DNA from: Candidatus Poribacteria bacterium
GTDB taxonomy: Bacteria > Poribacteria > WGA-4E > WGA-3G
NCBI GenBank assembly: GCA_965242965.1
Contig: OZ251518.1
Span: forward strand, 2,304,001-2,368,000
Direction: 5' to 3'
Length of the DNA: 64,000 nucleotides
Shown one piece after another: positions 1 through 10,800 of this stretch. Every line of letters starts with the position of its first letter. The first letter of the stretch is position 1. The notes under the pieces were generated by a model, which was not told where the DNA came from, searched no databases, and saw only the letters and a list, made by a program, of their open reading frames with translations. The position numbers were made by a program, and so were the translations under genes.

Positions 1-1725
1 TCGCTCGGCAACCGGAATCAAATCCTTTAAGCGTTTTTCGTTGAGCGATTTGTCAATTAATACGCTTGTGAGGTCTGACACCAAATCTTTAAAATGGGAT
101 TCCTCGTCAACGGCAGGAACCCTTATGCGTTGGAGGCGGTACGCGTCCCCCGATCCAAGGGGCTTCAACAATTGCCACCCCAGACATTCGTCGCAGGCCC
201 TTTGCAACAGTTCATAATGTTCCTTGAACAAGAGATCTGGCTGATCTGAGCCTGTCCATTCGCCCTGGACATTCCGCCTAGAAAAGGTTTCACTCACTCC
301 ACCTTCCGGCAGAACGTTGTGCACCCGCCAATGGAGCTGCTCCGTGTAAGGCAGATAGCACAGATCACGGAACATCACGCAGACTTTGTCCTGGGCATGG
401 TTGTCGATTTTCATGCTCCACCACGAAGTCCCCACGCTTGAATCCTTAACAGTGTATTTGTTAGGTTCATGGTAGTACCGGTCCAACACTTGCTTGGAAA
501 AGTGGATAGGAGTCAGGGAGAAGGGGGCATCCGGATTTTCCTCGGACAAATCGTCCAATTCCCCTGGGTCGCAGGTGTATTCATCGCCGTGAGTGTTGAA
601 GATAAATTGGATGTAACGCCGCTTGGCTGGCGGGGAAAATTCAACGCAACCGCTCTCGGATTTGGGCGGCGGTTCAATGAGACGCTTTCCCTCCAGACAA
701 CTATCCACTTGATAATTCCACATGCCGCGAATGTCGTTGTAATCGTGCCGCCAACAGATAAAGTCGCCTGAAGGAAGAGTATCCCAGGTGCTGCCGCTAT
801 CCTTAAGTTCTGCTGGATCGAGGCATAATTTTTCGGAGGAGCGTTCCGAACGTTCCCAACAGCGGAATTGAATGGAGAGGTACATATCCTTGAGGGCGAG
901 CCACTCAAGAATCTCCTGGAGCCGTATTTGAACGTGCTTCGGTTCCACAGTCGCTACGACGACTTCTTCCAAATCCTCATCAATTTTGAGGTACCGCTCC
1001 GTCTCTCTATCGTGGTAAAGCCCGTGAAAGTGGCGAAATTCCTCGCAAATTTCCAGCCATTCTTCCTTAGCATGATACCGGTCGTTGTAAATAACCAAAG
1101 GCTCCACCCCGTTTTCTGTGCCGTAGCGGAGGTATTCACCACCGCCCGAAAGGGGCATGCCATCACCGAGCCCGAGGTCCCACTCTGAATCGGAAAGGGC
1201 CTCCTCAATCTGAGCTGCTGGAATCAGCGCGGCATAGATGAAGCGTTCCCGATAGAGATTGTTCGGGCCCTGGGTCTCTATTTGATACACGGTAACCATG
1301 TCCGTCAATCGCAGGGGCCGCCGCAAATATGCCAACGTTTCTGCTTGGGATAGACGTTCCCGTTCTTTGTCAGAATTCATGATTTTTCTCCTTAGTTTCT
1401 CTTCTGATTCCCGCCAATAGGTTTTCGCGAGTTGAATATCGCGCCGCTGTGACGATTTGTCGCCACCACAGAGCAAAAGGACAACGGCGTTACTCACCTC
1501 ACCGAAATAAATCCGATATCCTGCCCCAAAGTGAAGGCGCAGCTCAGAGACACCGTCACCTACCGAACGATAATCACCAAAATTGCCGAGCGTGATGCGT
1601 GTAAGCCGGGCTTCGATTCGGTTTTGTGTCTTTGTATCTGAGATAGACATGAACCATTCGTTGAAGGGTTCATGTCCGTTTGAAGTTTGGAAGAACCGAA
1701 TTTCTCGCGGCTGTGCATTGCGCAT
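1..1725 (-). CDS. RelE/ParE-superfamily addiction-module toxin (HI1419/TIGR02683-like) reading in frame into a >=460 aa hypothetical protein; partial, runs off the left edge
   Basis: Not in the ORF track because there is no stop in the window. Translated by hand: ATG 1725 MRNAQPREIRFFQTSNGHEPFNEWF...LGNFGDYRSVGDGVSELRLHFGAGYRIYF...LLLCGGDKSSQRRDIQLAK, then no stop into MNSDKERE (ATG 1380, preceded by AAGGAG) and open to base 1. Confidence 0.85.
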   Translation of the reverse strand, partial: MRNAQPREIRFFQTSNGHEPFNEWFMSISDTKTQNRIEARLTRITLGNFGDYRSVGDGVSELRLHFGAGYRIYFGEVSNAVVLLLCGGDKSSQRRDIQLAKTYWRESEEKLRRKIMNSDKERERLSQAETLAYLRRPLRLTDMVTVYQIETQGPNNLYRERFIYAALIPAAQIEEALSDSEWDLGLGDGMPLSGGGEYLRYGTENGVEPLVIYNDRYHAKEEWLEICEEFRHFHGLYHDRETERYLKIDEDLEEVVVATVEPKHVQIRLQEILEWLALKDMYLSIQFRCWERSERSSEKLCLDPAELKDSGSTWDTLPSGDFICWRHDYNDIRGMWNYQVDSCLEGKRLIEPPPKSESGCVEFSPPAKRRYIQFIFNTHGDEYTCDPGELDDLSEENPDAPFSLTPIHFSKQVLDRYYHEPNKYTVKDSSVGTSWWSMKIDNHAQDKVCVMFRDLCYLPYTEQLHWRVHNVLPEGGVSETFSRRNVQGEWTGSDQPDLLFKEHYELLQRACDECLGWQLLKPLGSGDAYRLQRIRVPAVDEESHFKDLVSDLTSVLIDKSLNEKRLKDLIPVAER

Positions 1726-1797
1726 TGATGCTCACTTGTCGTTTTGTTCGCTAACACATTCACTTCGGCGGCAAATGCCACGTCTAACTCAACAAAA

Positions 1798-1826
1798 AGT
1801 ATAACACATTTGGGCTTATTTGTCAA
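1798..1826 (-). promoter_or_regulatory. sigma70-type promoter of the toxin gene
   Basis: TTGACA-17 bp-TATACT on the minus strand. Confidence 0.7.
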
Positions 1827-2065
1827 GTTGCCTGAATCGCGGATTTCCAAGATGATAGGATTTTCAGGATGAGGGTTCTCGTTGATGTGTAGGTGCCTTT
1901 TCCGGTGACTAGAGAAGGGAAGAACAACGCATGCTACGGTTGACTGCACAGATTCCTTCATTTATCAGAGAGTTTAGGTGCCGCGGGTTTGGGAGGCGGC
2001 GGAGGCGAGGCCTCCACCTTTGGTACCCAGGAAGCCGAACTACACCGACTACCTATTGAATTAGG

Positions 2066-2677
2066 TTACTGCAAGAATCGCAACGCTATCTTCAAAAGAT
2101 GAATAACGTGACGGTGGGGGTTAATAAACTCTGTCGATGCAGGTTCTTCCACGGATTCCCACTCCTTGATCTTACATTCTAGAGTGTTTATTCCCTTTTG
2201 AATTTCGGAGGCTACCCCAGTAAAATCAATATCAGCCGTGTAAGTGCTGAAAACGGTTTTATGGGCATGTAACACCTTGTGCTCAATTAGTTCAAGACGT
2301 TCATAGCCATATTTTCCTGACCGCAAGGATGAGGCCGAGTCAAACACCGATTCTAGCAGGCCGAGTGCGGCAATCTGATTCAACCGTCCCCAGTTCTTCG
2401 CGTAATAATAGGACGCAACCTCTAGACAGTTTGCTAGCCTTCCCGTGTAGAAGGGAACCACCTCATATTTTCTATTGTCCGAATCTGAGCTGATACCAAC
2501 TTCTACGCAGAACCGATCCGAGCGGAACTGCCGGGAGCGGGGCAGCTCCGAACTTGTAGAGCCCTCAGCATTTTCAGGTACTATCGTGACCTGCTGGATT
2601 CGATCCACGTTTATCATGCACAACGGCATAATGGGTTTTTGGTCTCTCATAGGAGAGTGAACCAACACCATATCCAT
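2066..2677 (-). CDS. hypothetical protein
   Basis: 203 aa ORF with GAGGAGG Shine-Dalgarno; no motif recognised. Confidence 0.6.
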   Translation of the reverse strand: MDMVLVHSPMRDQKPIMPLCMINVDRIQQVTIVPENAEGSTSSELPRSRQFRSDRFCVEVGISSDSDNRKYEVVPFYTGRLANCLEVASYYYAKNWGRLNQIAALGLLESVFDSASSLRSGKYGYERLELIEHKVLHAHKTVFSTYTADIDFTGVASEIQKGINTLECKIKEWESVEEPASTEFINPHRHVIHLLKIALRFLQ

Positions 2678-2759
2678 TTTATTACCTCCTCTTTATGCGC
2701 AGGCTGATGAATCTGAATGCGGCTTCTTCGCCGAAACCGTTTTCATCTTGCATTAAATT

Positions 2760-3433
2760 GAGGGGGTTTCATAAATCGCTCAACAAGGGGCCGTTTTTTT
2801 TCCATAGGGCGGGGCCCTCGGATGCCACACGCGCATCCGAGAGGGTTTCCCCCGCGAGCGGTGAGAGAAATGCCGATGACACCGTAGCGCGGGGGCCTGT
2901 CCCCCGCGATGCCTGTCGTCAAGAGGGCATCTTAGGTCCTTTAGGACCTACATGTCTATAGAAAAACGTATCGGCCCATGTCAAGGTCCTTTAGGTCCTT
3001 AATAAAAACACGCGCGGCATATTAAAAACTATTAAGGACCTAAAGGACCTTAGCGTTCTTCGCGGGCGCGCATGCTATAGACATTCAGGACCTAAAGGAC
3101 CTGAAGAGAACGAGTGTCGTTCTTAACCGGAGCGCGGGGGCCTGTCCCCCGCGAGCGTTGGATTGCACGAACGATGGCGAGGGACAGGCCCTCGCCCTAC
3201 GGTAAAACGTGGCCACCTCCGTAGGTCAAGATCGCCTGATCTTGACCCGTTCGTGTCCCCCGCGATCGCTGCATGGCGAGGGACAGGCCCTCGCCCTACG
3301 GTAACCCGGGGCGTTTTTTACCGTCGACCCGTTCGGGATCAGGCGATCCCGAACTACGGTCTCTCGCATGCGCGATGCATCGAGACCGGGAGGGCTCTCC
3401 TACCGGGAAGACATTGATTTATGAAACACCCTC
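2760..3433. mobile_element. MITE-like composite element A (TIRs enclosing a REP mosaic)
   Basis: Starts GAGGGGGTTTCATAAAT, ends ATTTATGAAACACCCTC; flanks cattaaatt / tgttaaatt; interior made of GTAG palindromes. Confidence 0.8.
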
Positions 3434-3439
3434 TGTTAA

Positions 3440-3468
3440 ATTATACCACGCAGAAATACATTTGTCAA
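3440..3468 (-). promoter_or_regulatory. consensus sigma70 promoter firing into element A
   Basis: TTGACA-17 bp-TATAAT with TG extension. Confidence 0.75.
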
Positions 3469-3509
3469 GTTTTTCTTGCAACGCCCCAAGACGATTCAGG
3501 TTTCCCACA

Positions 3510-3968
3510 TCTGTAGTTTGCAATCGCTTGGGCGCAACCAGGTCAAGATCAGGCGATCTTGACCTACAGAGGTGGGACGCTCTCACGGCATCAGGAACAG
3601 CAGACATGCGAAGGAGTTAGAATGAGGGTGTTTCATAAATCGATGCACACCCGTAGGAGAGACCTCCCGGTCTCGATTCTGCCGGTAGGAGAGACCTCCC
3701 GGTCTCGATGTTCCCGTAGCGCGGGGGCCTGTCCCCCGCGAGCGTTGCATTGCGCGAGCGATGGCGAGGGACAGGCCCTCGCCCTACGGTGAAGTGCCGT
3801 TTTTTCCATGCGGTCCGTCGTGCTATAGACATTAAGGTCTTAACAGACCTTAACGGCATTTTGCGTCTATTGCGAATATCCAAACCGACACCGGGATTCC
3901 AAAGGATGTTGATTGCACAAATCTCCCTAATCCTGATAATCCTATAATCATGGAAATCCTGATTCAGA
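3510..3968. repeat. REP cluster / partial element B (left TIR at 3624) plus AATCCTG repeats (~3929-3968)
   Basis: GAGGGTGTTTCATAAAT at 3624, GTAGGAGAGACCTCCCGGTCTCGAT x2, other palindromes; no right TIR seen. Confidence 0.7.
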
Positions 3969-3992
3969 CAGAAGAAGGCAAGCGAACCCACA

Positions 3993-6900
3993 CTACACCT
4001 CCATCCCCGCATCCCGATATGTCTGCTCGATGAGCGCAATCTCCTCCGCCGACAACCCATACAGCCGATAGACGATGGCATCGATTTGCCGCTCCAACGC
4101 GCGAACGTTATCGCTGTCAGGAGCTGCCAAAATCTGCTCAACGAGACGAGAGAGCTCTGTTTTCTGCGCCGCTGTCCGATTCGCAATCGGCGCATGAGCC
4201 ATATACTGGCGAATGAATCGCAAGCCGCCACCTGCCCACGGATCGTTGAGATTCTGAAACTTATGCCGAGCATACCAATCAAAGACTCGGCTATTCAAAA
4301 TCGCAAGTAGCGAGAGGTCTGTCGTTGGTAAAACATAAGTCGTCTGCAAGCAAAGCGTGTTTGTGGTATCGTAGCACGCGCGCATCGACGAACTGATATC
4401 CGGATAGACAATTTTCGGTACTGTGAGCGCGTCATAGTAGGCGCACGAACGGAGTTCCCAATAAAATTTGCCTTTGTCCGCGCGGGCAATAAGCCGTTCT
4501 CTGTAACCACTTAGATGACGATGAACGGCCGGGTAGGTTTTGGCAAAAATCCGTTCTGCCTCTGCGTCGTCTTCTGCATCTGACCAGGGCCATTCTCTAT
4601 TCGCGCTGCTCGCTATCGTTATCAAATACTTATCTGCCCAATGTGCTTGCCATCTGCGGATATCGCGCCCGCGCAGCAAGGGTTTTATCAGTTCGCTGCT
4701 GTTAGAATCTTCAAAAGCCAGCTGCTGATAGACGTTCTCATCTATAATAAAAGCGTCGTTAAAGCCGGTTTTTATGCCAAAAAAGAGCTGCATCTCGCCA
4801 AGAGGAACGCCGGTGCCTTGCAATTTTCCAAGCAAAGCAATTGCATCAGGCGATGTCAATACCCATCCTTCCGCTGTTAATTGGGATGCTTGCATCAGGA
4901 ACAACTGCGTTTCAAACTCTTCGCGGACATCGAAATCCTCAGAGTTTTGCCTGAGGGTTGCAGCGCGAAAATGGTGCCCGGGCGCAGCCGAACCCTTTTC
5001 AACGAGCACGATGCACGTATCCACCGCTGCATCAAAAACCGAGACACTTCCGAAATCCAAGAAGGTCTGAAGCGACATCTCAGCGGAGAGGAATTGCCTG
5101 AGGTTTTTCCCATACCCACTCCGCATAAACTTGTTCGTGCAGATATAGGGTAAGATACCACCATCCCGCAGGAGCTCCGCGCCGCGCTTATAGAAATAGA
5201 CGCTGATGTCCGCCGTGCTGGCGAAAAAGTCCTCAAACTGCGTTTTTAACGCGGGCTTGAGCGCGCGAATCTTCTCGTGACGGATATACGGCGGATTGCC
5301 AATGACAACATCAAACCCATCTTGGATGCCGAACATTTCCTCGGCCTCAAACCACTCGACGGTGGCGTTCTGATTGTAGGGATGCCAGTGGGCGATTTTC
5401 TCGGTATCCGCGGCGGGCATGCCTATCGTCTCTAACTCAGCGGCTAACGCAGCGCGTAAGGCTTCGTCTTGTTTCTGGCAGGCGCGTTTTTGTCGGCGTG
5501 TCGTTGCATGAAAATGCCGCTCTCGGTTGTCGCGCAGTTTTCGTAATAAGTCTCGGGTGGCATCGCTCGTGAACGTCAAGTTGCCTGACAAGCCAATGAG
5601 CGTATTCGCCGCGAGGAAGCGCGTCTCCAAATTCGGCAAGGGACGAATGCCGAAGTTCGCCGCGTCGGCATCTGGTTCTTGCTCAATCGCCAGCGAGATG
5701 AAAAAGCGGAGTTTCGCAATCTGGCACGCCACCGGTTGGATGTCTATACCGTAAATGCAGTTATGGATGAGATATAACTTCCGACCGAAATCGGAATCGC
5801 GATAACGTTTGAATGTCTCATCAATTTCAAGGAGTTCTTCGCGTCGGGTGTCGTCATCGGTTGTATCAAAGGCGGCAGCGGCGCGCTGTTGGGCGCGTTC
5901 GCGTTGTAAACTTTCCCATCGGCGGTTATCGGCATCCAGTCGCCGCAGCACGAGGGTGAGTTTATGCAACAAGCCCATCGGAAACGCACCCGAGCCGACG
6001 GCAGGATCCAAGAGTTTGAGCCCGGAGATGGCGCGCACGAGGTTCTCTGTCTCATCGGCATCAAACCATTCGCTGGCATCGTCAAACGCCTGCGCATAGT
6101 CCAGCAGATAGCGGAGCCGTTCATCCCAGAACTTTGCATCGCCATCGGTTGGCGCGCATTTTTGTTTGAACACGGCGACGAGTGCCTCGTCTACCATGTA
6201 ATCAACGATATCCCGCGGCGTGTAGTAAGAACCGGTGGCTCTGCGCGCCGTCGATTGTGTTTCAGGGTTGTAGGCACCGAGGAGATTTTCAAACACCTTG
6301 CCGAGCAACTCGGGGTCTAACGCAACTTCCTGTTCCACCGGCGTGTTCTCCTCCACGGTGAACTTATAGTGCGAAAAGAGCGGGAAGAGGCCCGCGTCTT
6401 CGTCAAAGAATAACTTCGCGGGAACGTGGAGTCTCCATCGCGCGTTTTCGTCATCGGTGAAGCAATCAATGCGAAAGCCGCCGGCGCGCGTGCCCTCAAA
6501 TGTATCCAAGCATTCAAACAGCCCGCCGTTGACGAACGGCACCTGTTTGAGGTATGCCAGAAATGCATCAGGAGTGCGGAGCAAATCGGCATAGCGATAC
6601 TTGTTAGGATTGCGATGCGCGCTGCGATTACGGGTGCTGAAGGCGCGTTTGTCTATCGGTGTATTGAGCGTCGCGAAGAAGAGATTCTGCAGTATCGCCT
6701 GATAATAGTCGGATGTCTCCAGAGAGAACTCTTTGAGATGCGTCGCTGCGGCATCTTTCTCAAAGAGTGCTATCGGCACCAACTTCTTCTCTTTCAGGAA
6801 CCAGATAAAGAGTAGGCGGGTGATGAGGCGGATAACCTGAAGTTGCGGCGCATCGTCGGGCAAGCGGCATTCGGCGACGGCCCACTGATACCATTCATAC

Positions 6901-7607
6901 AACTCGCCGTAGAATTGGCGGTTGAGTGCCTCGGTGTTCAGAACGCCTTCCCACGCTTTGTGCAGCGTGTCAAAATTGTGAACATTGTGGGTTTGGACGA
7001 GGTTTTCTAGGGAGAGTTCTGTGAGGATGTCAAGATGCGCGCGGTGCGGTGCGCGCAAGTTGATGTCCTTAATGAGCGTGACTTTCTCCAGAATCTGCCT
7101 TGTGCCCCCTACAGCCGCAGGCGTTGCTGCCCGCCTATCCCATCGGCGATTGATAATCGCCAACGTCAGGCAGTGCCCGTAGTGGAACATTACCATGATG
7201 GGTTGCGGCATCTGCTGGTTAATAAAGCGCGTGATGTTGACGAGTTGTGTGCGCGTGTAGGCATCGCCGGACAATTTCAGGGCGGCGAAGAGGTAAGACT
7301 GCATCAGCGCATCGTCAATCGCGTGACTCGCGAACACCCCTTGTTGTGCGTGCATCTCTTCGTCGGTGACTTGGAAGAGGAGGTGAAATGCGTCCCAGTC
7401 GTCACTGCGCAGTTTATCGGCGGTGCTTTGGCGTTGCGCGGTGGCTGCTAGCAGTCGGCGTTTGCGTTCGGCATCGATGCCGGGGTTGCCGATTCTTCGG
7501 CTGTGGTAGCCGAGGGTGTTGAGGAGGCGCGTGCCGGCAGCGCGCAGCGGGAATTCGGCGAAGGTGCGGAGCGTCTGTTTAATTTGTTTTTTGAGTGCTT
7601 CTGACAT
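3993..7607 (-). CDS. Eco57I/type IIG-like N6-adenine DNA methyltransferase with C-terminal TaqI-like specificity domain
   Basis: LDPAVGSGAF (motif I), IGNPPY (motif IV); likely start MSEALKKQIK at 7607 because the upstream extension is repeat-derived. Confidence 0.9.
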   Translation of the reverse strand: MSEALKKQIKQTLRTFAEFPLRAAGTRLLNTLGYHSRRIGNPGIDAERKRRLLAATAQRQSTADKLRSDDWDAFHLLFQVTDEEMHAQQGVFASHAIDDALMQSYLFAALKLSGDAYTRTQLVNITRFINQQMPQPIMVMFHYGHCLTLAIINRRWDRRAATPAAVGGTRQILEKVTLIKDINLRAPHRAHLDILTELSLENLVQTHNVHNFDTLHKAWEGVLNTEALNRQFYGELYEWYQWAVAECRLPDDAPQLQVIRLITRLLFIWFLKEKKLVPIALFEKDAAATHLKEFSLETSDYYQAILQNLFFATLNTPIDKRAFSTRNRSAHRNPNKYRYADLLRTPDAFLAYLKQVPFVNGGLFECLDTFEGTRAGGFRIDCFTDDENARWRLHVPAKLFFDEDAGLFPLFSHYKFTVEENTPVEQEVALDPELLGKVFENLLGAYNPETQSTARRATGSYYTPRDIVDYMVDEALVAVFKQKCAPTDGDAKFWDERLRYLLDYAQAFDDASEWFDADETENLVRAISGLKLLDPAVGSGAFPMGLLHKLTLVLRRLDADNRRWESLQRERAQQRAAAAFDTTDDDTRREELLEIDETFKRYRDSDFGRKLYLIHNCIYGIDIQPVACQIAKLRFFISLAIEQEPDADAANFGIRPLPNLETRFLAANTLIGLSGNLTFTSDATRDLLRKLRDNRERHFHATTRRQKRACQKQDEALRAALAAELETIGMPAADTEKIAHWHPYNQNATVEWFEAEEMFGIQDGFDVVIGNPPYIRHEKIRALKPALKTQFEDFFASTADISVYFYKRGAELLRDGGILPYICTNKFMRSGYGKNLRQFLSAEMSLQTFLDFGSVSVFDAAVDTCIVLVEKGSAAPGHHFRAATLRQNSEDFDVREEFETQLFLMQASQLTAEGWVLTSPDAIALLGKLQGTGVPLGEMQLFFGIKTGFNDAFIIDENVYQQLAFEDSNSSELIKPLLRGRDIRRWQAHWADKYLITIASSANREWPWSDAEDDAEAERIFAKTYPAVHRHLSGYRERLIARADKGKFYWELRSCAYYDALTVPKIVYPDISSSMRACYDTTNTLCLQTTYVLPTTDLSLLAILNSRVFDWYARHKFQNLNDPWAGGGLRFIRQYMAHAPIANRTAAQKTELSRLVEQILAAPDSDNVRALERQIDAIVYRLYGLSAEEIALIEQTYRDAGMEV

Positions 7608-7631
7608 AATTTTCACCTGCAAGCAAATGAT

Positions 7632-7770
7632 GAGCAGGATTTCCAAGATTTAGCAAGATTTAGCAAGATTATAGTTTCTGACGCACCGACACCGCTGGGG
7701 CATGCCACAACCGCGTCGGTGCGTCAAAGCCCTAATCCTGGAAATCCTGGTAATCGTGATAATCCTGCTC
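7632..7770. repeat. AATCCTG/CAGGATT long hairpin element
   Basis: GAGCAGGATT...AATCCTGCTC ends with inner IR TGACGCACCGAC (7679) / GTCGGTGCGTCA (7715). Confidence 0.75.
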
Positions 7771-7835
7771 GAAGATCCCGCGTTTGGTTTGCCCTGACAA
7801 AAGCGGGTGCTCTTTCGCTACAGTTGGGGCTGATA

Positions 7836-10800
7836 TTAGGTAATGATGAGCCACGTGATGAGCTCAAACGCCGTTGTTTCCTGAATTTGGGTCTCGGCAG
7901 CCGGCAGCAGAAAATCGGCACTACGCTCAAGCTTGTCATTGACATGCCGGTTGTATTCGCCGCTGATGGCGTTGACACATGTTTGGATAAGCGCATCGTA
8001 GTGCTCCATGTCCTCGCCGTTGCGCGTCGTTTCGTTAAACCAGTGACAGAGTTCTTGATTCGGGCCCTCTTTCCCGATGCAGAGCGCGCTGAAGAACGCC
8101 AGAATCTGCTTTGGATTTGCGAAACCGATAGACACCTCGCCTGCCTTAGTGACATGAACGAGATAGTAAGGATGAATCGGGTTGAGTTTCTCGTTTTCCT
8201 TCGCCGTATCAGTCTGCCGCAGACAGAAGATAACCCCCGGTTCAATAGCCACGGGACTTCCATCGTGCGTTTGCGGTGCGGTGACGGCATATAAACCGAG
8301 TGGTGCGTCTCGGAGTTGCGCCTCATGTTCGCGGAAATAGTTGAGGAGTTGCGCCCGGAAGTCGTCCAACGTGAATTGATTGAGATTCAGGTTCTCCTCA
8401 ACATCCTCCATGTCAAGAATTTCGGTTTGCATGCGCTTGAGTTGTGCTTCGCGATAGGTAAGTTCGCCTTCGGCGATGCCAGGGTTTTGAGACGCGATGA
8501 GGTTATCGTCGCCGGTGCCGGCGAGATTGACAAGCACCATCCTCGCCTCAACACGCGATTTGAGGTTAATGTAGTCGTCCAATTCGGCTGTCGGCCAGAA
8601 ATTGACGAGTTGCACCTTATCGTTCAGGCTGCCGATTCTGTCAATGCGGCCGAAACGTTGAATAATGCGGACAGGATTCCAATGGATGTCGTAATTGACG
8701 AGGTAATCGCAATCCTGCAGATTTTGGCCCTCGGAGATACAATCGGTGGCGATGAGGAGTTCAATTTCCGGTTCCTGCGTATCGGCGCGCTCCCTAGATA
8801 TCGGCGAGAAATTCGTCAGAATGTCGTTGAACTCATTCCTCCCAAACGTGGCTTTGCTGCCGCTGCCGGTGACAACGGCACACTGAATGTTAAGTTGTTC
8901 GGTAGCCCATGCGTGGAGCGCATCGTAGAGGTAGTTGGCAGTATCGGCAAAAGCGGTGAAGACGAGCACTTTACTGTTGCGCTTCCCCTCTCTGTTCGTC
9001 GTAGGTTCTCGCACTTTCGCCTTGATGAGCCGCTTGAGCTCCGCTAACTTTGCATCTCTGTCCGCCGTAATTTGAACTGCGGCTTTATGCACGCCGGAAA
9101 GGGCAGCCTTATCTTCACGAAGATCTTGTAGCCACCCCCGCAAATCCAAGTGCTCATAACGATAGACGTGATTTCTGCCAGTCTGTATGAAGGCATCCAA
9201 CTCTTCGTCATTCTCCACCTCTTCTGCGCCAAGTTCTGATGGGCCGATAACATCTTCGCCGGTTTCCATTTGCCCGCCATGCAAGCGCGCGAGGATGTCA
9301 GTTTCAATGCCTTCAATTTTTTCCAGCGTGCGCGCCAATGTCTGGACGAAAGAGTAAACGCTACTCTCCAACCGTTTGAGGAAGTTCACCTTCATCATGC
9401 CGATGAGGTTGAATTCACGCTGCCGGATGCGTCCATCCGTATAATGGCGCAGGCATTCGGTGCGGATGTAACCCGATGGATTGAAAAGCGAGAGTTTATA
9501 GCCATCAATCTGGTTGCTAATGATAGCGTAGGCAGGGAACTTCCCGTGCAAATCTATGTCGGGATAAATCGATTGCGGTTTTGCGCGTTCAGGAAACCCG
9601 CCGATTTGCGCCATTGAATCGCTGTAGAAACTCTCAATATGCCGCCGCGAGCGCGCAATAGTGAGGGTGTCAAGCAGTTTCAAGAAGTCTGCGCCTAAGG
9701 TTTGCAATAAACCGCTTCCATGCTTGTCTACCGGCTGCAATCCTGCTGGTTCAGCCGTGCGCCGCGTCCGATAAACATGCGTTTCATCTTCGCCGCGCGA
9801 GGATGCCCACTCCTCAAATTGGCTTTGGGCATCTCGCAGCGTGCCGCGCAGACTCGGAATATCAATGGCACTGAAAGCGTCGTCTTTGTCCGCCGTGATG
9901 AGACAGATTTGATTCTGGAGTTCTAGCAGGCTATTGTTCACCGGGGTAGCCGAGAGCATCAACACCTGCGTTTTGCCGCCGCTCTGGATGATGTCCTCCA
10001 TGAGTTTATTATACCGGCTCTTCCGTTTGTCGGTACCGGCGGGCCGGTTTCGGAAGTGATGCGATTCGTCAATCACGACAAAATCGTAGGTATTCCAATC
10101 AAACTCTGCCAAGTCAATATGGCCCGACATTCCCCTCTCACGACTCAAGTCTGTGTGAGCGAGGACGGTGTAATGGAAGCCATCATTTTTTAACGGGTTG
10201 TGCCTATTGTTGAATTGCCACGGATACAGCGTCCAATTCTGCTCTAGTTTTTTTGGACACAGCACGAGCACGCGGGCTTCCTGCAACTCAAAATATTTGA
10301 TAATGGCGAGTGCCTCGTAGGTTTTGCCTAACCCGACGCTATCGGCGATGATACAGCCGTTATAGTCCCGAATTTTCTGGAGACACGCCAGCACCCCATC
10401 GCGTTGGAAGGGATAGAGTTTCTCCCAAATTTGGGTATCGCGAAGCCGCGTCTGCGCAGGGGTATCCTCACCTGTCGTCCTCTCCGACAAAAAGCGTTCA
10501 AAGACATGGTAGAGCGTCTTGAAGTAGATGAACTCGGGTGCCTTGTCGGTGTAGGCATTTTCAAGGTGCCGCAGCACCTCGGTTTTGACATCTTCAACCT
10601 GGTCTGACTCCCAGAGGTGATCAAACCACATTTTCAGGTCGCGGCAGTCATCTTTGCTGTCAACCTCAAGGTTGAGTTCAATGTTGCTGGCGTTCTCGCT
10701 TAATCCGAGCCCGCGCACCGTGAAGTTAGAGCTGCCGATGAGCGCGTCGTTTTCGGCACCGTTGTCAATGTAATACATTTTGCCGTGCAGAAAATTAGCG

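Noticed and set aside
469-1961. Short ORFs listed in the track over 469-1961
   Set aside because: They are shadows of the unlisted minus-strand frame 1-1725.
2682-2753. 23-aa minus-strand ORF MQDENGFGEEAAFRFISLRIKRR
   Set aside because: Too short with no SD to support as a gene; could be leader DNA or a relic.
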